Below, piece after piece: positions 8,819 to 16,631 of a DNA stretch of 35,987 nucleotides. The stretch covers positions 1-35,987 of the IMG/VR virus record IMGVR_UViG_3300045988_152087; one strand, 5' to 3'. Position 1 is the first letter of the stretch; each line of letters opens with the position of its first letter. The notes below the pieces were generated by a model. It was not told the DNA's origin. It worked only from the letters and a program-made list of their open reading frames with translations, and made no database searches. This stretch comes from a virus. The position numbers and the translations under genes are program-made.

Positions 8819-9019
8819 ATGACACCAACCCGCATGACCGTTGCGCTGACTGACGACACGCAGTTGTCAGTCCGAATCCGACCGATAAGTCTTCTTCTGT
8901 GGCGCGTTAAGCGCGTGCTCCGGCTGGAGGCTGAGCTGGATGGGGAGCAATTGACCATGTGGGTGCCTTGGAGAAGCGTGCTGGCCGTCGCCATCGCGCC
9001 GGAGGAGGAGAGCGACTGA
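8819..9019 (+). CDS. Hypothetical small protein between terL and portal
   Basis: 66-aa ORF that exactly fills the gap and makes an ATGA overlap with the portal start. It has no SD and is preceded by the conserved ACCGTAGGATTGACAC junction motif. Confidence 0.4.
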   Translation: MTPTRMTVALTDDTQLSVRIRPISLLLWRVKRVLRLEAELDGEQLTMWVPWRSVLAVAIAPEEESD

Positions 9020-10944
9020 TGGCACTGACGGCGAAGGGCGGGGCACTCGCCCGTCTGACGGTGGCCGACCCCCCGATCACGCTCCGCAGTGTGCGCGGAC
9101 GCTCCGCAACTGCGGGGTCTGTGGCCGGGATGAGCATCCGCGGCGTGTGGGAGAGCCAGCCGAGCGTGCGCAAGGTCGTGTCGTTCATGGCGAGCACGGT
9201 CGCAGCGCTCCCGTGGCGCGTCTACCGCGCCGAGGACGGGGGCCGGGAGCGGCTGTACGACTCCCCGGCCGAGACTCTTGTGCGCAGGCCCACACGGTTC
9301 ACATCTTCTGCGGACCTTGTGTCCGGTCTTGCCCTCGACTGGCTGCTGTACGGCTCGGCCTGCGCGGTGCTCGTCGACGAGGAGATCGTCCGCGTCCCCG
9401 CGCCGTTGCTCATGCTCAGCACTGACGTGTTCGGCCGGGTGAACGACGTCGCCACGGTCGCCGGCGGGGAGACGGTCAGCCTGTCTGACCTCCCCGTGGC
9501 GCTCATGCACGGCTGGGACCCGGACGGCTCCGGCGCGGTCGCCCCTGTGCGCACGCTGCGCGCCCTGCTGGCCGAGCTCAGCGAGGCGGAGGGGTGGCGC
9601 CGCCGCATGTGGACTGATGTCCCGCGCGTGTCCGCTCAGGTGACCCGCCCCAAGGACGCCCCGCGCTGGTCGGATGAGAAGCGTGAGCGCTTCCTTCAGG
9701 CCATGGCGGACTTCAAGTCCTCGACGTCGGGCGGCTCCATCCCGGTGATGGAGGACGGCATGAAGCTGGAGAGCGCGCCGCAGGTGCAGCCCGACCTCTC
9801 CAGCGCATCGAGCGTCCGCACCCTGACCGACATCGAGGTCGCCGGCTACTTCGGCGTCCCGCCTGAGTTGCTCGGAATGCGCGAAGCGAACTATGGCGGC
9901 TACGCGGCCCTGCGCCGTGACCTGTACACCCGCGTGCTCGGGCCGCTCATCGGCCGCATCGAGGATGCGCTGAACGCTGAGATCGTCCCCGCGCTCGCCG
10001 GCGGCGACACCTCCGTCTACGGCGTGCTCGACCGCACGGAGGCCCAGGACGGCACGCTGCTTGAGCGCGTCCAGGCGCTCCAGTCCGCCACCGGCGGCCC
10101 CGTGATGACGCGCGCCGAGGCCCGAGAGCGCCTCGACCTGCCCTACCTCGAGGGCACGGAGGAGCTCATCGTCCCGCTGAACGTCATCCAGGGCGGCCAG
10201 GCCAGCCCCACGGACTCCGGCTCGCAGAACCTCAACGGCTCGGACACGAACCAGCTCGACCACCGGCAGCAGGACGGGGCCGCTGAGGAGGGGAAGTCTC
10301 TGGTCCCAAAAGCGCGCATGGTCTTGAAGGCTGTGACTTCAAGACCGTCACCTTCGATTCTGGAGCAGATGCGCCGGGCCTACGTCGATGAGCTTCAGCG
10401 CGAGGGGCTGAGTGAGGCCGCCGTCGAAGCCCTGGCAGACCGCATCGAGCCGTTCCTCGCCGAGCAGGCCATCGAGGCCGCCAACGGCGTGATTCTCCGC
10501 TCGGGAACTGGCACGGAGACAATCGGACGCGGCGCGATTCGGAACTACATCCGGCAGATGGCCGAGGGCAAGGCCGACGCCGCCGTCGATGCTGCGATGC
10601 GTCTCCTCGGCGCCGTGTCGGGAGATGACGCGGCGCAGGACACGGCTAGGGAGACCATCGAGGACATCCTCTCGGAGGACCGTCTTGGACTGTGGGCCGA
10701 CGCCTCGACGAAGGACGCCACGGGCTTCGGCTCCCAGGAGGGGGCTCGCCGCTCCGGCGCCGTGAAGAAGATGTGGGTCCACAACGGGTCGAGCCATCCG
10801 AGGGCCGAGCACGCCGCGATGAACGGCGAGACGGTGGACATGGACGACACGTTCTCCAACGGGATGCGCTGGCCCCACGACTGGGGTGGTGGGGACGCCG
10901 ACGACATCGTGGGCTGCAACTGCGACATCGCTTACGTGTGGTGA
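9019..10944 (+). CDS. Portal protein, possibly fused to a MuF-like (SPP1 gp7 family) C-terminal domain
   Basis: Start is ATG 9019 after the strong RBS ggaggaggag; the ORF-track start at 8959 is rejected. 641 aa is larger than a plain HK97-type portal. The C-terminus WPHDWGGGDADDIVGCNCDIAYVW resembles the MuF P.H..C.C signature. Confidence 0.7.
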   Translation: MALTAKGGALARLTVADPPITLRSVRGRSATAGSVAGMSIRGVWESQPSVRKVVSFMASTVAALPWRVYRAEDGGRERLYDSPAETLVRRPTRFTSSADLVSGLALDWLLYGSACAVLVDEEIVRVPAPLLMLSTDVFGRVNDVATVAGGETVSLSDLPVALMHGWDPDGSGAVAPVRTLRALLAELSEAEGWRRRMWTDVPRVSAQVTRPKDAPRWSDEKRERFLQAMADFKSSTSGGSIPVMEDGMKLESAPQVQPDLSSASSVRTLTDIEVAGYFGVPPELLGMREANYGGYAALRRDLYTRVLGPLIGRIEDALNAEIVPALAGGDTSVYGVLDRTEAQDGTLLERVQALQSATGGPVMTRAEARERLDLPYLEGTEELIVPLNVIQGGQASPTDSGSQNLNGSDTNQLDHRQQDGAAEEGKSLVPKARMVLKAVTSRPSPSILEQMRRAYVDELQREGLSEAAVEALADRIEPFLAEQAIEAANGVILRSGTGTETIGRGAIRNYIRQMAEGKADAAVDAAMRLLGAVSGDDAAQDTARETIEDILSEDRLGLWADASTKDATGFGSQEGARRSGAVKKMWVHNGSSHPRAEHAAMNGETVDMDDTFSNGMRWPHDWGGGDADDIVGCNCDIAYVW

Positions 10945-10960
10945 ACCGTAGGCTTAGACC

Positions 10961-11635
10961 ATGAAGCGAACCGTTCAGAAGCACGCCCGCGCTTGTATCA
11001 CCGTGGGTACAAGCAAGGCCGCGGCCGGCCGACGTCGTGAGGACGAGAAGCCCGAGGACGAGAAGCCCGAGGACGAGAAGCCCGAGGACGAGAAGCCCGA
11101 GGATGAGAAGCCCGAGGACGAGAAGCCCGAGGACGAGAAGCCTGAACGCAAGTCGGAGCCCGGCACCTTCACGGCCCTCGTCGCCGTCTTCGGCAACGTG
11201 GACTCCGACGGAGAGGTGACCGAAAAGGGCGCCTTCACCGAGGCGCTCGCCGAGCGCCCCACGGTGCCCATCATGTGGAGCCACGGCTACGGCACCTCCG
11301 ACATCGTGGGCTACTCGACTAAGGCAGAGGAGACCGACGAGGGGCTGTTGCTGGAGTGGAAGGCGCTCGACACCGAGATCGGCCGCTCTGTCGCCGAGCT
11401 TCTCGAGGTCGGAGCCATCACCGACTTCTCGTACTCCGCGATCGTCGAGGACTACACCGTGGAGAAGTCCGACGACGGCGAAATCCGCCACCTCACTAAA
11501 CTGGACCTGTGGGAGGCCGGGCCGTGTCTGCGCGGTGCGAATCCTCTCGCCAAGCTGAAGTCTCAGGACGCACCTGAGACTGACGACGCCGCGCAGCGGA
11601 CCGCCCGTGCCCGGCTGGCCCTCCTGGGCCTCTGA
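10961..11635 (+). CDS. Prohead protease (HK97/S78 family) with N-terminal acidic tandem repeat
   Basis: FGNVDSDGEVTEKGAFTEAL...PIMWSHG matches the HK97-type protease core. The N-terminus carries (EDEKP)x7. Confidence 0.8.
   Translation: MKRTVQKHARACITVGTSKAAAGRRREDEKPEDEKPEDEKPEDEKPEDEKPEDEKPEDEKPERKSEPGTFTALVAVFGNVDSDGEVTEKGAFTEALAERPTVPIMWSHGYGTSDIVGYSTKAEETDEGLLLEWKALDTEIGRSVAELLEVGAITDFSYSAIVEDYTVEKSDDGEIRHLTKLDLWEAGPCLRGANPLAKLKSQDAPETDDAAQRTARARLALLGL
11038..11142 (+). repeat. Perfect 15-bp tandem repeat x7 (gaggacgagaagccc; one unit gaggatgag...) encoding (EDEKP)7
   Basis: Seen directly in the sequence. It is in frame within the protease N-terminal extension. Confidence 0.95.
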
Positions 11636-11656
11636 CCACCGAAAGGAATGCACCGT

Positions 11657-12874
11657 ATGAGCACTCGTGAGGAGCTGCTTCAGGAGGCCGGCGAGCTGCG
11701 CGCCAAGAGCGAGCTGACCGAGGCCGACCTCGCCCGCGTTGACGAGATCGTGGACTCCGTTGCCAAGATGGACGCGCAGGCCGCCGCCCGCAAGGCCGCC
11801 TCCGACAAGCTGGCCGCCATTGCCGAGCGTGCCCCCAAGGCGGCCAAGGCCGTCTCCGACGTCGTTGAGGTCGTCGGCAAGACCGCAGGTGAGCGCTTCG
11901 TCCTGTCCCCCGAGTGGCAGGCGTTCAAGAGCCGCTTCTCCTCCGGCTTCTCCAGCGCCACCGATCAGGTTGACCTCGTGGTCCGCGACCTGGTGGGCAA
12001 GGCCGACGTGGCCCACCGCGGCACCGCCACCACCGGTGGCTCCGCCTTCCACCTGGGCTCTCCGGTTGACGACGAGGTGCGCGCCCAGTACGGCCCGCTG
12101 CTGTCGGCCATCACCACCGGCACCACCGATGCCGCGGTGATCCCCTACCGCGCCCTGACCGCCGTCACCCCTGGCCCCGACATCAAGGCCGAGGCCAAGG
12201 CGGACAACGGCACCGGCGCTGCCGGCGGCGTCTTCCCGCTGACCACCATCGCCACCCGCGCCGACACGGCCACCACGACCACCATCGGCGAGGCTCTGCC
12301 GGTCACTGACGAGGAGCTCGCGGACGACTCCGTGATGGTCACCCTCGTCGGCGAGGTCCTCATGGCCCTGGTCATGCAGAAGATCGAGGGTGAGATCGTC
12401 TCCGGTACCGCTACAGGTGACCGCCCGCGCGGCATCATTGGTGCCCCCGGTGTGCGCACTCAGGCGAAGGTCGGCACCGGCAACGACGCCATCTTCAACA
12501 CCCTGCGCAAGGCGCTGACCGCGCTCGGTGACTCCGCTCAGGGCGCCCAGATTGTCCTCAACCCCGAGGACCTGGAGTCCGTGGACCTTGCCGCGGACAA
12601 GAACGGCCGCTACCTCGGCGCCGGCCCGTTCGGCTCCCTGAACCTCCAGCTGTGGGGCCACAAGGTCATTGCCTCGACCGCTGTCGCCAAGGGCACCGCC
12701 ATTGTGGGTGACCTGAAGGCTTATGAGCTGTACTGGCGCGAGCAGTACGTCGCTCAGGTCTTCAACCAGCACAGCGACTACGCCCTCCGTGGCCTGTCGC
12801 TGCTGCGCGGTAAGTCCCGCGTGATCGGCGTGTTCCGCCGCCGCAAGGACGTGTGCGTGGCGACCATCGCCTGA
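11657..12874 (+). CDS. Major capsid protein (HK97 fold) with N-terminal delta/scaffold-like coiled coil
   Basis: N-terminus MSTREELLQEAGELRAKSELTEADLARVDEI is a coiled coil, and the mid and C-terminal regions are typical of HK97 MCPs. RBS gaaagga lies 9 nt upstream of ATG 11657, so the ORF-track start at 11648 is less likely. Confidence 0.85.
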   Translation: MSTREELLQEAGELRAKSELTEADLARVDEIVDSVAKMDAQAAARKAASDKLAAIAERAPKAAKAVSDVVEVVGKTAGERFVLSPEWQAFKSRFSSGFSSATDQVDLVVRDLVGKADVAHRGTATTGGSAFHLGSPVDDEVRAQYGPLLSAITTGTTDAAVIPYRALTAVTPGPDIKAEAKADNGTGAAGGVFPLTTIATRADTATTTTIGEALPVTDEELADDSVMVTLVGEVLMALVMQKIEGEIVSGTATGDRPRGIIGAPGVRTQAKVGTGNDAIFNTLRKALTALGDSAQGAQIVLNPEDLESVDLAADKNGRYLGAGPFGSLNLQLWGHKVIASTAVAKGTAIVGDLKAYELYWREQYVAQVFNQHSDYALRGLSLLRGKSRVIGVFRRRKDVCVATIA

Positions 12875-12887
12875 CGCACCTTGACGC

Positions 12888-12929
12888 CGAGGCCCCCGGT
12901 TGATCCCGATAGCGATCCCGGGGGCTTCG
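12888..12929 (+). terminator. Hairpin after the MCP gene (stem GAGGCCCCCGG/CCGGGGGCTTCG); a TTGACA-N18-TAGTGT promoter candidate follows
   Basis: 12-bp stem with an 18-nt loop. The same stem sequence recurs at 32538-32584. TTGACA at 12945-12950 and TAGTGT at 12969-12974 precede the RBS gaaggga and ATG 13006. Confidence 0.5.
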
Positions 12930-13005
12930 TGCTATGCGCCACACTTGACAACAGATCATTCGGCGACGTAGTGTGTGAACACACCAACCACCGAAGGGAT
13001 CAACA

Positions 13006-13230
13006 ATGAGCCTCGTCCGCAGCATCGCCTCCGCCGTCTCGATTGTGACGCTCGTCCTCGCCGCCATCTTCGCCGGCATGTACCTGCTCGGTGTCGGACA
13101 GCCCGACGACACCGAGCTGATCACCCCTCAGGACGGCTTCACCAGCGTGTCCGTCCCCGCCCAGGAGGGTCAGCTGCGCGTGGATGAGCGACTCGTTGCC
13201 CCCGCTGCAGAAGCTCCGTCGTTCGCCTGA
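13006..13230 (+). CDS. Small membrane protein (1 TM) in the head module
   Basis: 74 aa, MSLVRSIASAVSIVTLVLAAIFAGMYLLGV..., with RBS aaggga upstream. Confidence 0.5.
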   Translation: MSLVRSIASAVSIVTLVLAAIFAGMYLLGVGQPDDTELITPQDGFTSVSVPAQEGQLRVDERLVAPAAEAPSFA

Positions 13231-13241
13231 GGAGGCACACC

Positions 13242-13634
13242 ATGCAGACCACGCGCTACCAGATGTTCCAGGATGGCTCAATCGCCACCGTCACCACCCG
13301 GATCGCCCGCCAGGGAATCACGGTCGAGACTGAGGAGGCGTACCCGGTCCGAATGGGCCAGGACCCTGAGTCGGTTCTCCCCTACGAGAGTCTCAAGATG
13401 GTCGCCGAGAACGTCGTGGATGAGCTCGCTGCGGTTCGGGAGGCGCTCATGCGCTGCGGGTACGCCTCCTCCTGCGCCATCCCGAACACGCTGACCGTGT
13501 GCATCCCTGGGGGCACCTTCCCGCGCGTCGCCACCGTCTACGGAGACCCCGAGGGTGTCGGCATCTCGGGCCAGATGGCGGAGCCCTTGTCCCGCATTCT
13601 GGCTGCAGAGGGGGTTAACGTCAACGTAGACTGA
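13242..13634 (+). CDS. Head-tail joining protein (putative)
   Basis: 130-aa ORF with RBS tgaggagg, in the conserved position between MCP and tail genes. Confidence 0.5.
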   Translation: MQTTRYQMFQDGSIATVTTRIARQGITVETEEAYPVRMGQDPESVLPYESLKMVAENVVDELAAVREALMRCGYASSCAIPNTLTVCIPGGTFPRVATVYGDPEGVGISGQMAEPLSRILAAEGVNVNVD

Positions 13635-13638
13635 GCCC

Positions 13639-14175
13639 ATGGCCGCACACCTCTGCTCTATTGCCGCGCTCGCGCGCTCGCTCGGAAAGTCAGAACAGGA
13701 CCCGAACCTGATCTACGCCGTCGAGCGTGCGAGCGCGCGTTTTCGTTCCGCCGTCGGCCACAATGTCACCAAGGAGACCAAGACCCTGGTTCTGGACCCG
13801 CCGGCGGGGGAGACGCTGCTTCTACCAGTCAAGGGCGTCTCAGCGCTCACCGTGAAGCTTGGTGGCATCCCGCTGGAGCACGTGACGTACTCCCCGCGCA
13901 CGGGAGCACTGCGCCGCCACGGCGGCTGGGGCACCGAGCTGGGCACCATCGAGGTCACGTACACCGCTGGCACCGACGAGGTTCCTGACGACGTTGCGGA
14001 TGCGGTGGCGGAGCAGGCCGCGAGCATCTACGCCACGCTCGCCACGCCCGGCGTTCAGCAGATCAGCCAGGGCGTCCGGTCCATCACCTTCGGCACGGCG
14101 TCCACCGTCGGCACCACACAGCGGTGGTCCGAGGCCGTGGAGCGGCACCGCATCGACGGGCAGGGCATCCTGTGA
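13639..14175 (+). CDS. Head-tail adaptor/connector (putative)
   Basis: 178-aa ORF in the head-tail joining block. Confidence 0.5.
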   Translation: MAAHLCSIAALARSLGKSEQDPNLIYAVERASARFRSAVGHNVTKETKTLVLDPPAGETLLLPVKGVSALTVKLGGIPLEHVTYSPRTGALRRHGGWGTELGTIEVTYTAGTDEVPDDVADAVAEQAASIYATLATPGVQQISQGVRSITFGTASTVGTTQRWSEAVERHRIDGQGIL

Positions 14176-14525
14176 GCGTGTGGTCAACCCTTTTCGGGTC
14201 CGAGATTCTCACCGTCACCGAGCCGTCGGAGACCGAGGACGCCCACGGCGCCCCGCGCCGGGAGTACCCGGCGGCCAACGCCCGCCAGATCATGGGTGTC
14301 GACGTTCAGGCCGGCCCCACAGGCGAGAACAACTCTCACCGCGATGGTGAGTCGTGGGACCAAGTTGCCTACGTTGACGCGGCTGCGGCGGCCACGATCT
14401 CGAAGCACGCTCGCATCGACTGGCGTGGCAAGTCGTACCGGCTCGTCGGCCCTGTGCGCGTCATGACTGGCGCCGCACTGCTCCCGGATGCCGCGGTGCT
14501 CAACCTTCGTCGCTGGGAGGGCTGA
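14172..14525 (+). CDS. Head closure protein (putative)
   Basis: GTG 14172 overlaps the upstream TGA (GTGA). ~117 aa. The ORF-track start at 14124 would overlap the upstream gene by 50 nt. Confidence 0.45.
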   Translation: MSVWSTLFGSEILTVTEPSETEDAHGAPRREYPAANARQIMGVDVQAGPTGENNSHRDGESWDQVAYVDAAAAATISKHARIDWRGKSYRLVGPVRVMTGAALLPDAAVLNLRRWEG

Positions 14526-14821
14526 TGGGCTTCTCACGAATTGAGTTCCACTACGACGGGTTCAATGAGCTCCGCAAGTCATATCAGGATGAGATCGACT
14601 CCTTCGGCGAGAGCGCAGCGGCCAGCGCCAACGCGATGGCGAGCCTGGGCGACAGTGACGAGGCCCGGGGTGGGCAGAGGGAAGCCAGGGAAGAGCCGTT
14701 CGCCTACCAGTCGAAGCCGAATGCCACGCGCGCCCGAGGCATCGTGAAGACTGCCACCTACTACGGCCGCCTTGTGCAGGCGCGCGATGATGTCCTTACC
14801 CGAGCAGTTCTAGGAGGCTGA
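14525..14821 (+). CDS. Neck/tail-completion protein (HK97 gp10-like, putative)
   Basis: 98 aa, with ATGA overlap to the upstream gene and the syntenic position. Confidence 0.4.
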   Translation: MGFSRIEFHYDGFNELRKSYQDEIDSFGESAAASANAMASLGDSDEARGGQREAREEPFAYQSKPNATRARGIVKTATYYGRLVQARDDVLTRAVLGG

Positions 14822-14823
14822 CC

Positions 14824-15228
14824 ATGGCGCAGCTGATTCTCACCAAGGACCCTCTGCCGGCGCTCATCGCCGCACTCCGAAGCGAGTGCGCGAAGGCGGT
14901 GGGCGCCCCTGTCAAGGTCTCCTCGATCCTGGCCAAGGACCCGGGCGCTGGGAACACGATCCACGTGTACGTTGCCGGCGGCTACCCGAAGACCATGGTG
15001 TCGTCCGCGGCAACGGTGCTTATGCACTGCTACGCCAAGGATGGCCCGTCGGCTCAGCGGTTGGCCGCCGCCGCCGCCGCCGTCGTGGCTCTTGATCGGC
15101 AGGAGTGGCACTCGGGGCGCGTGCAGAGCGGTCCCTATGACAACCCGCACCCCGATTACCCTCACCTGCACCGCTACTCGGTTCAGGTGGAGGTCACCAC
15201 GGAGTCTGAGCGCCTCGACGTAGACTAG
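14824..15228 (+). CDS. Tail terminator protein (putative)
   Basis: 134 aa, immediately upstream of the major tail protein. Confidence 0.4.
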   Translation: MAQLILTKDPLPALIAALRSECAKAVGAPVKVSSILAKDPGAGNTIHVYVAGGYPKTMVSSAATVLMHCYAKDGPSAQRLAAAAAAVVALDRQEWHSGRVQSGPYDNPHPDYPHLHRYSVQVEVTTESERLDVD

Positions 15229-15277
15229 AGCCAAGCCCGCCCAAGGTGCGGGGACCCCGCACTACAAGGAGGACTGA

Positions 15278-15856
15278 ATGCCCGTCAACGGCAAGAGCGA
15301 TGCCTCGAACGTCATCGCACCCAAGCCGATGTCCGTCATCGGCGGTGTGTTCGTGTGCACCACCGAGGACGCCAAGAAGATCACCGCCCACGTTGACCTT
15401 TCCAATGCCCCGACTGGGGTGACGCTGGAGGCCATTGGTTATTTGACGGATGCCGGCCCGAAGCGCTCCATCTCCAACTCCACCTCGAAGGTGAAGGCGT
15501 GGGGCGGCGACGTCATTCTGTCCACCCGCGAGGGTGCCGAGGCGACAGTCGAGATTCCGGTCGCCGAGTACCTGAACATCACCGGCCACAAGCTCGTCTA
15601 CGGCGACGCCAACGTCACCAAGACGGGCAAGAGCATCAACATCGTCGGCAAGCTCAACGAGATTCCGCCCCACCGCGGAATCGTGGTCATCGTCAACACC
15701 GACGTTGCCAAGGGCACCATCGTCTACGACGACGCCCAGGCCGTTATCGATGGTGATGTCGAGATGAACGGCAAGGACATCATGGCCAACACCCTGAAGC
15801 TCGACCTGTTCCCGGTAGACGGGGCGTTCTACCGCGAGTTCTGGGTCAAGAACTGA
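15278..15856 (+). CDS. Major tail protein
   Basis: 192 aa with strong RBS aaggagg. It sits directly before the G/T chaperones and the tape measure protein. Confidence 0.65.
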   Translation: MPVNGKSDASNVIAPKPMSVIGGVFVCTTEDAKKITAHVDLSNAPTGVTLEAIGYLTDAGPKRSISNSTSKVKAWGGDVILSTREGAEATVEIPVAEYLNITGHKLVYGDANVTKTGKSINIVGKLNEIPPHRGIVVIVNTDVAKGTIVYDDAQAVIDGDVEMNGKDIMANTLKLDLFPVDGAFYREFWVKN

Positions 15857-15888
15857 CACACCCAAACGCCAACCGAGAGGACCACACA

Positions 15889-16248
15889 ATGACCAAGCCC
15901 GCCGCCGGCGCCTTCCTCGTCCCGGGAGCCAAGGCTGACAAGGCTGAGAACCGCTTCATCTTCCGCCTCCCCGGCGAGAAGGAGGACCGGTCGATGCCGC
16001 TCTTGAAGCACATCAAGGCGTCTTACCGCCGTCGCCTCTCAGATGTGTCTCGCCGCCTGAAGGATGAGAACTCCTCTGAGGACGCTCAGGCGCTCTCCCG
16101 CCTCGAGGCCGAGGCCATCCAGTTCGAGATCATTGAGGACTGCTGCCCCGGCCTGACCGACGTCGTTTCCAGCGACCAGCTCGAGGCGATCATCACCGCT
16201 TGGGGAGAGGCATCCGGTACCTCAGTGGGGGAATCCTCGGCCTCCTGA
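15889..16248 (+). CDS. Tail assembly chaperone (G)
   Basis: 119-aa acidic protein upstream of the TMP. A -1 frame ORF overlaps its 3' end. Confidence 0.65.
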   Translation: MTKPAAGAFLVPGAKADKAENRFIFRLPGEKEDRSMPLLKHIKASYRRRLSDVSRRLKDENSSEDAQALSRLEAEAIQFEIIEDCCPGLTDVVSSDQLEAIITAWGEASGTSVGESSAS

Positions 16249-16631
16249 CGGAGGCCTACCGCTACGAGAACGCGGTGAGGTCTGACTTGCTTGGGAGGGG
16301 GCGGTCACTCGACGACGTGTGGAGTGGCCGCCTCTCCTGGCGGGACCTCAAGGCATATCTCGCCAGCCCGCCGATGGGCTCATGCCTGGCCGTGGCCCGC
16401 GGAACGTGGTCGCCGAATGAGCACATGCAGTCGCTCATCGTGCACCTGCTGCGCGTCCTGTCCTGGCAGATCGCCGGCGACAAGCGCGTGGACTCACCCG
16501 AGTACATGCCAGTGACCAACCTGATCCGCCCGCCAGAGAACGACACAGACAGTGCCACGCCGTATGGCGAGGGCACCTCGATTGACGAGATGCGACTCAT
16601 CCTGAACCTACCGGAGGACATCGATGGCTGA
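16200..16631 (+). CDS. Tail assembly chaperone -1 frameshift extension (G-T fusion product)
   Basis: An open -1 frame spans the last 16 codons of G and continues to 16631. The candidate slip site is GGGGGAA at 16227-16233. This is the classic gpG/gpGT arrangement ahead of the TMP. Confidence 0.5.
   Translation: MGRGIRYLSGGILGLLTEAYRYENAVRSDLLGRGRSLDDVWSGRLSWRDLKAYLASPPMGSCLAVARGTWSPNEHMQSLIVHLLRVLSWQIAGDKRVDSPEYMPVTNLIRPPENDTDSATPYGEGTSIDEMRLILNLPEDIDG

Noticed and set aside
11038-11142. CRISPR-like array (regular direct repeats)
   Set aside because: The repeats are contiguous with no spacers, 15 bp long and in frame within a protein. It is a coding tandem repeat, not CRISPR. The same reasoning applies to the 39-bp PT repeats at the window ends.
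8707-12772. Very long minus-strand ORFs (8707-10263, 518 aa; 10646-12772, 708 aa) across portal, protease and MCP
   Set aside because: They are antisense to clearly recognisable portal, protease and capsid genes, have Gly/Arg/Ala-rich composition, and include a (SSSGF)n mirror of the EDEKP repeat.
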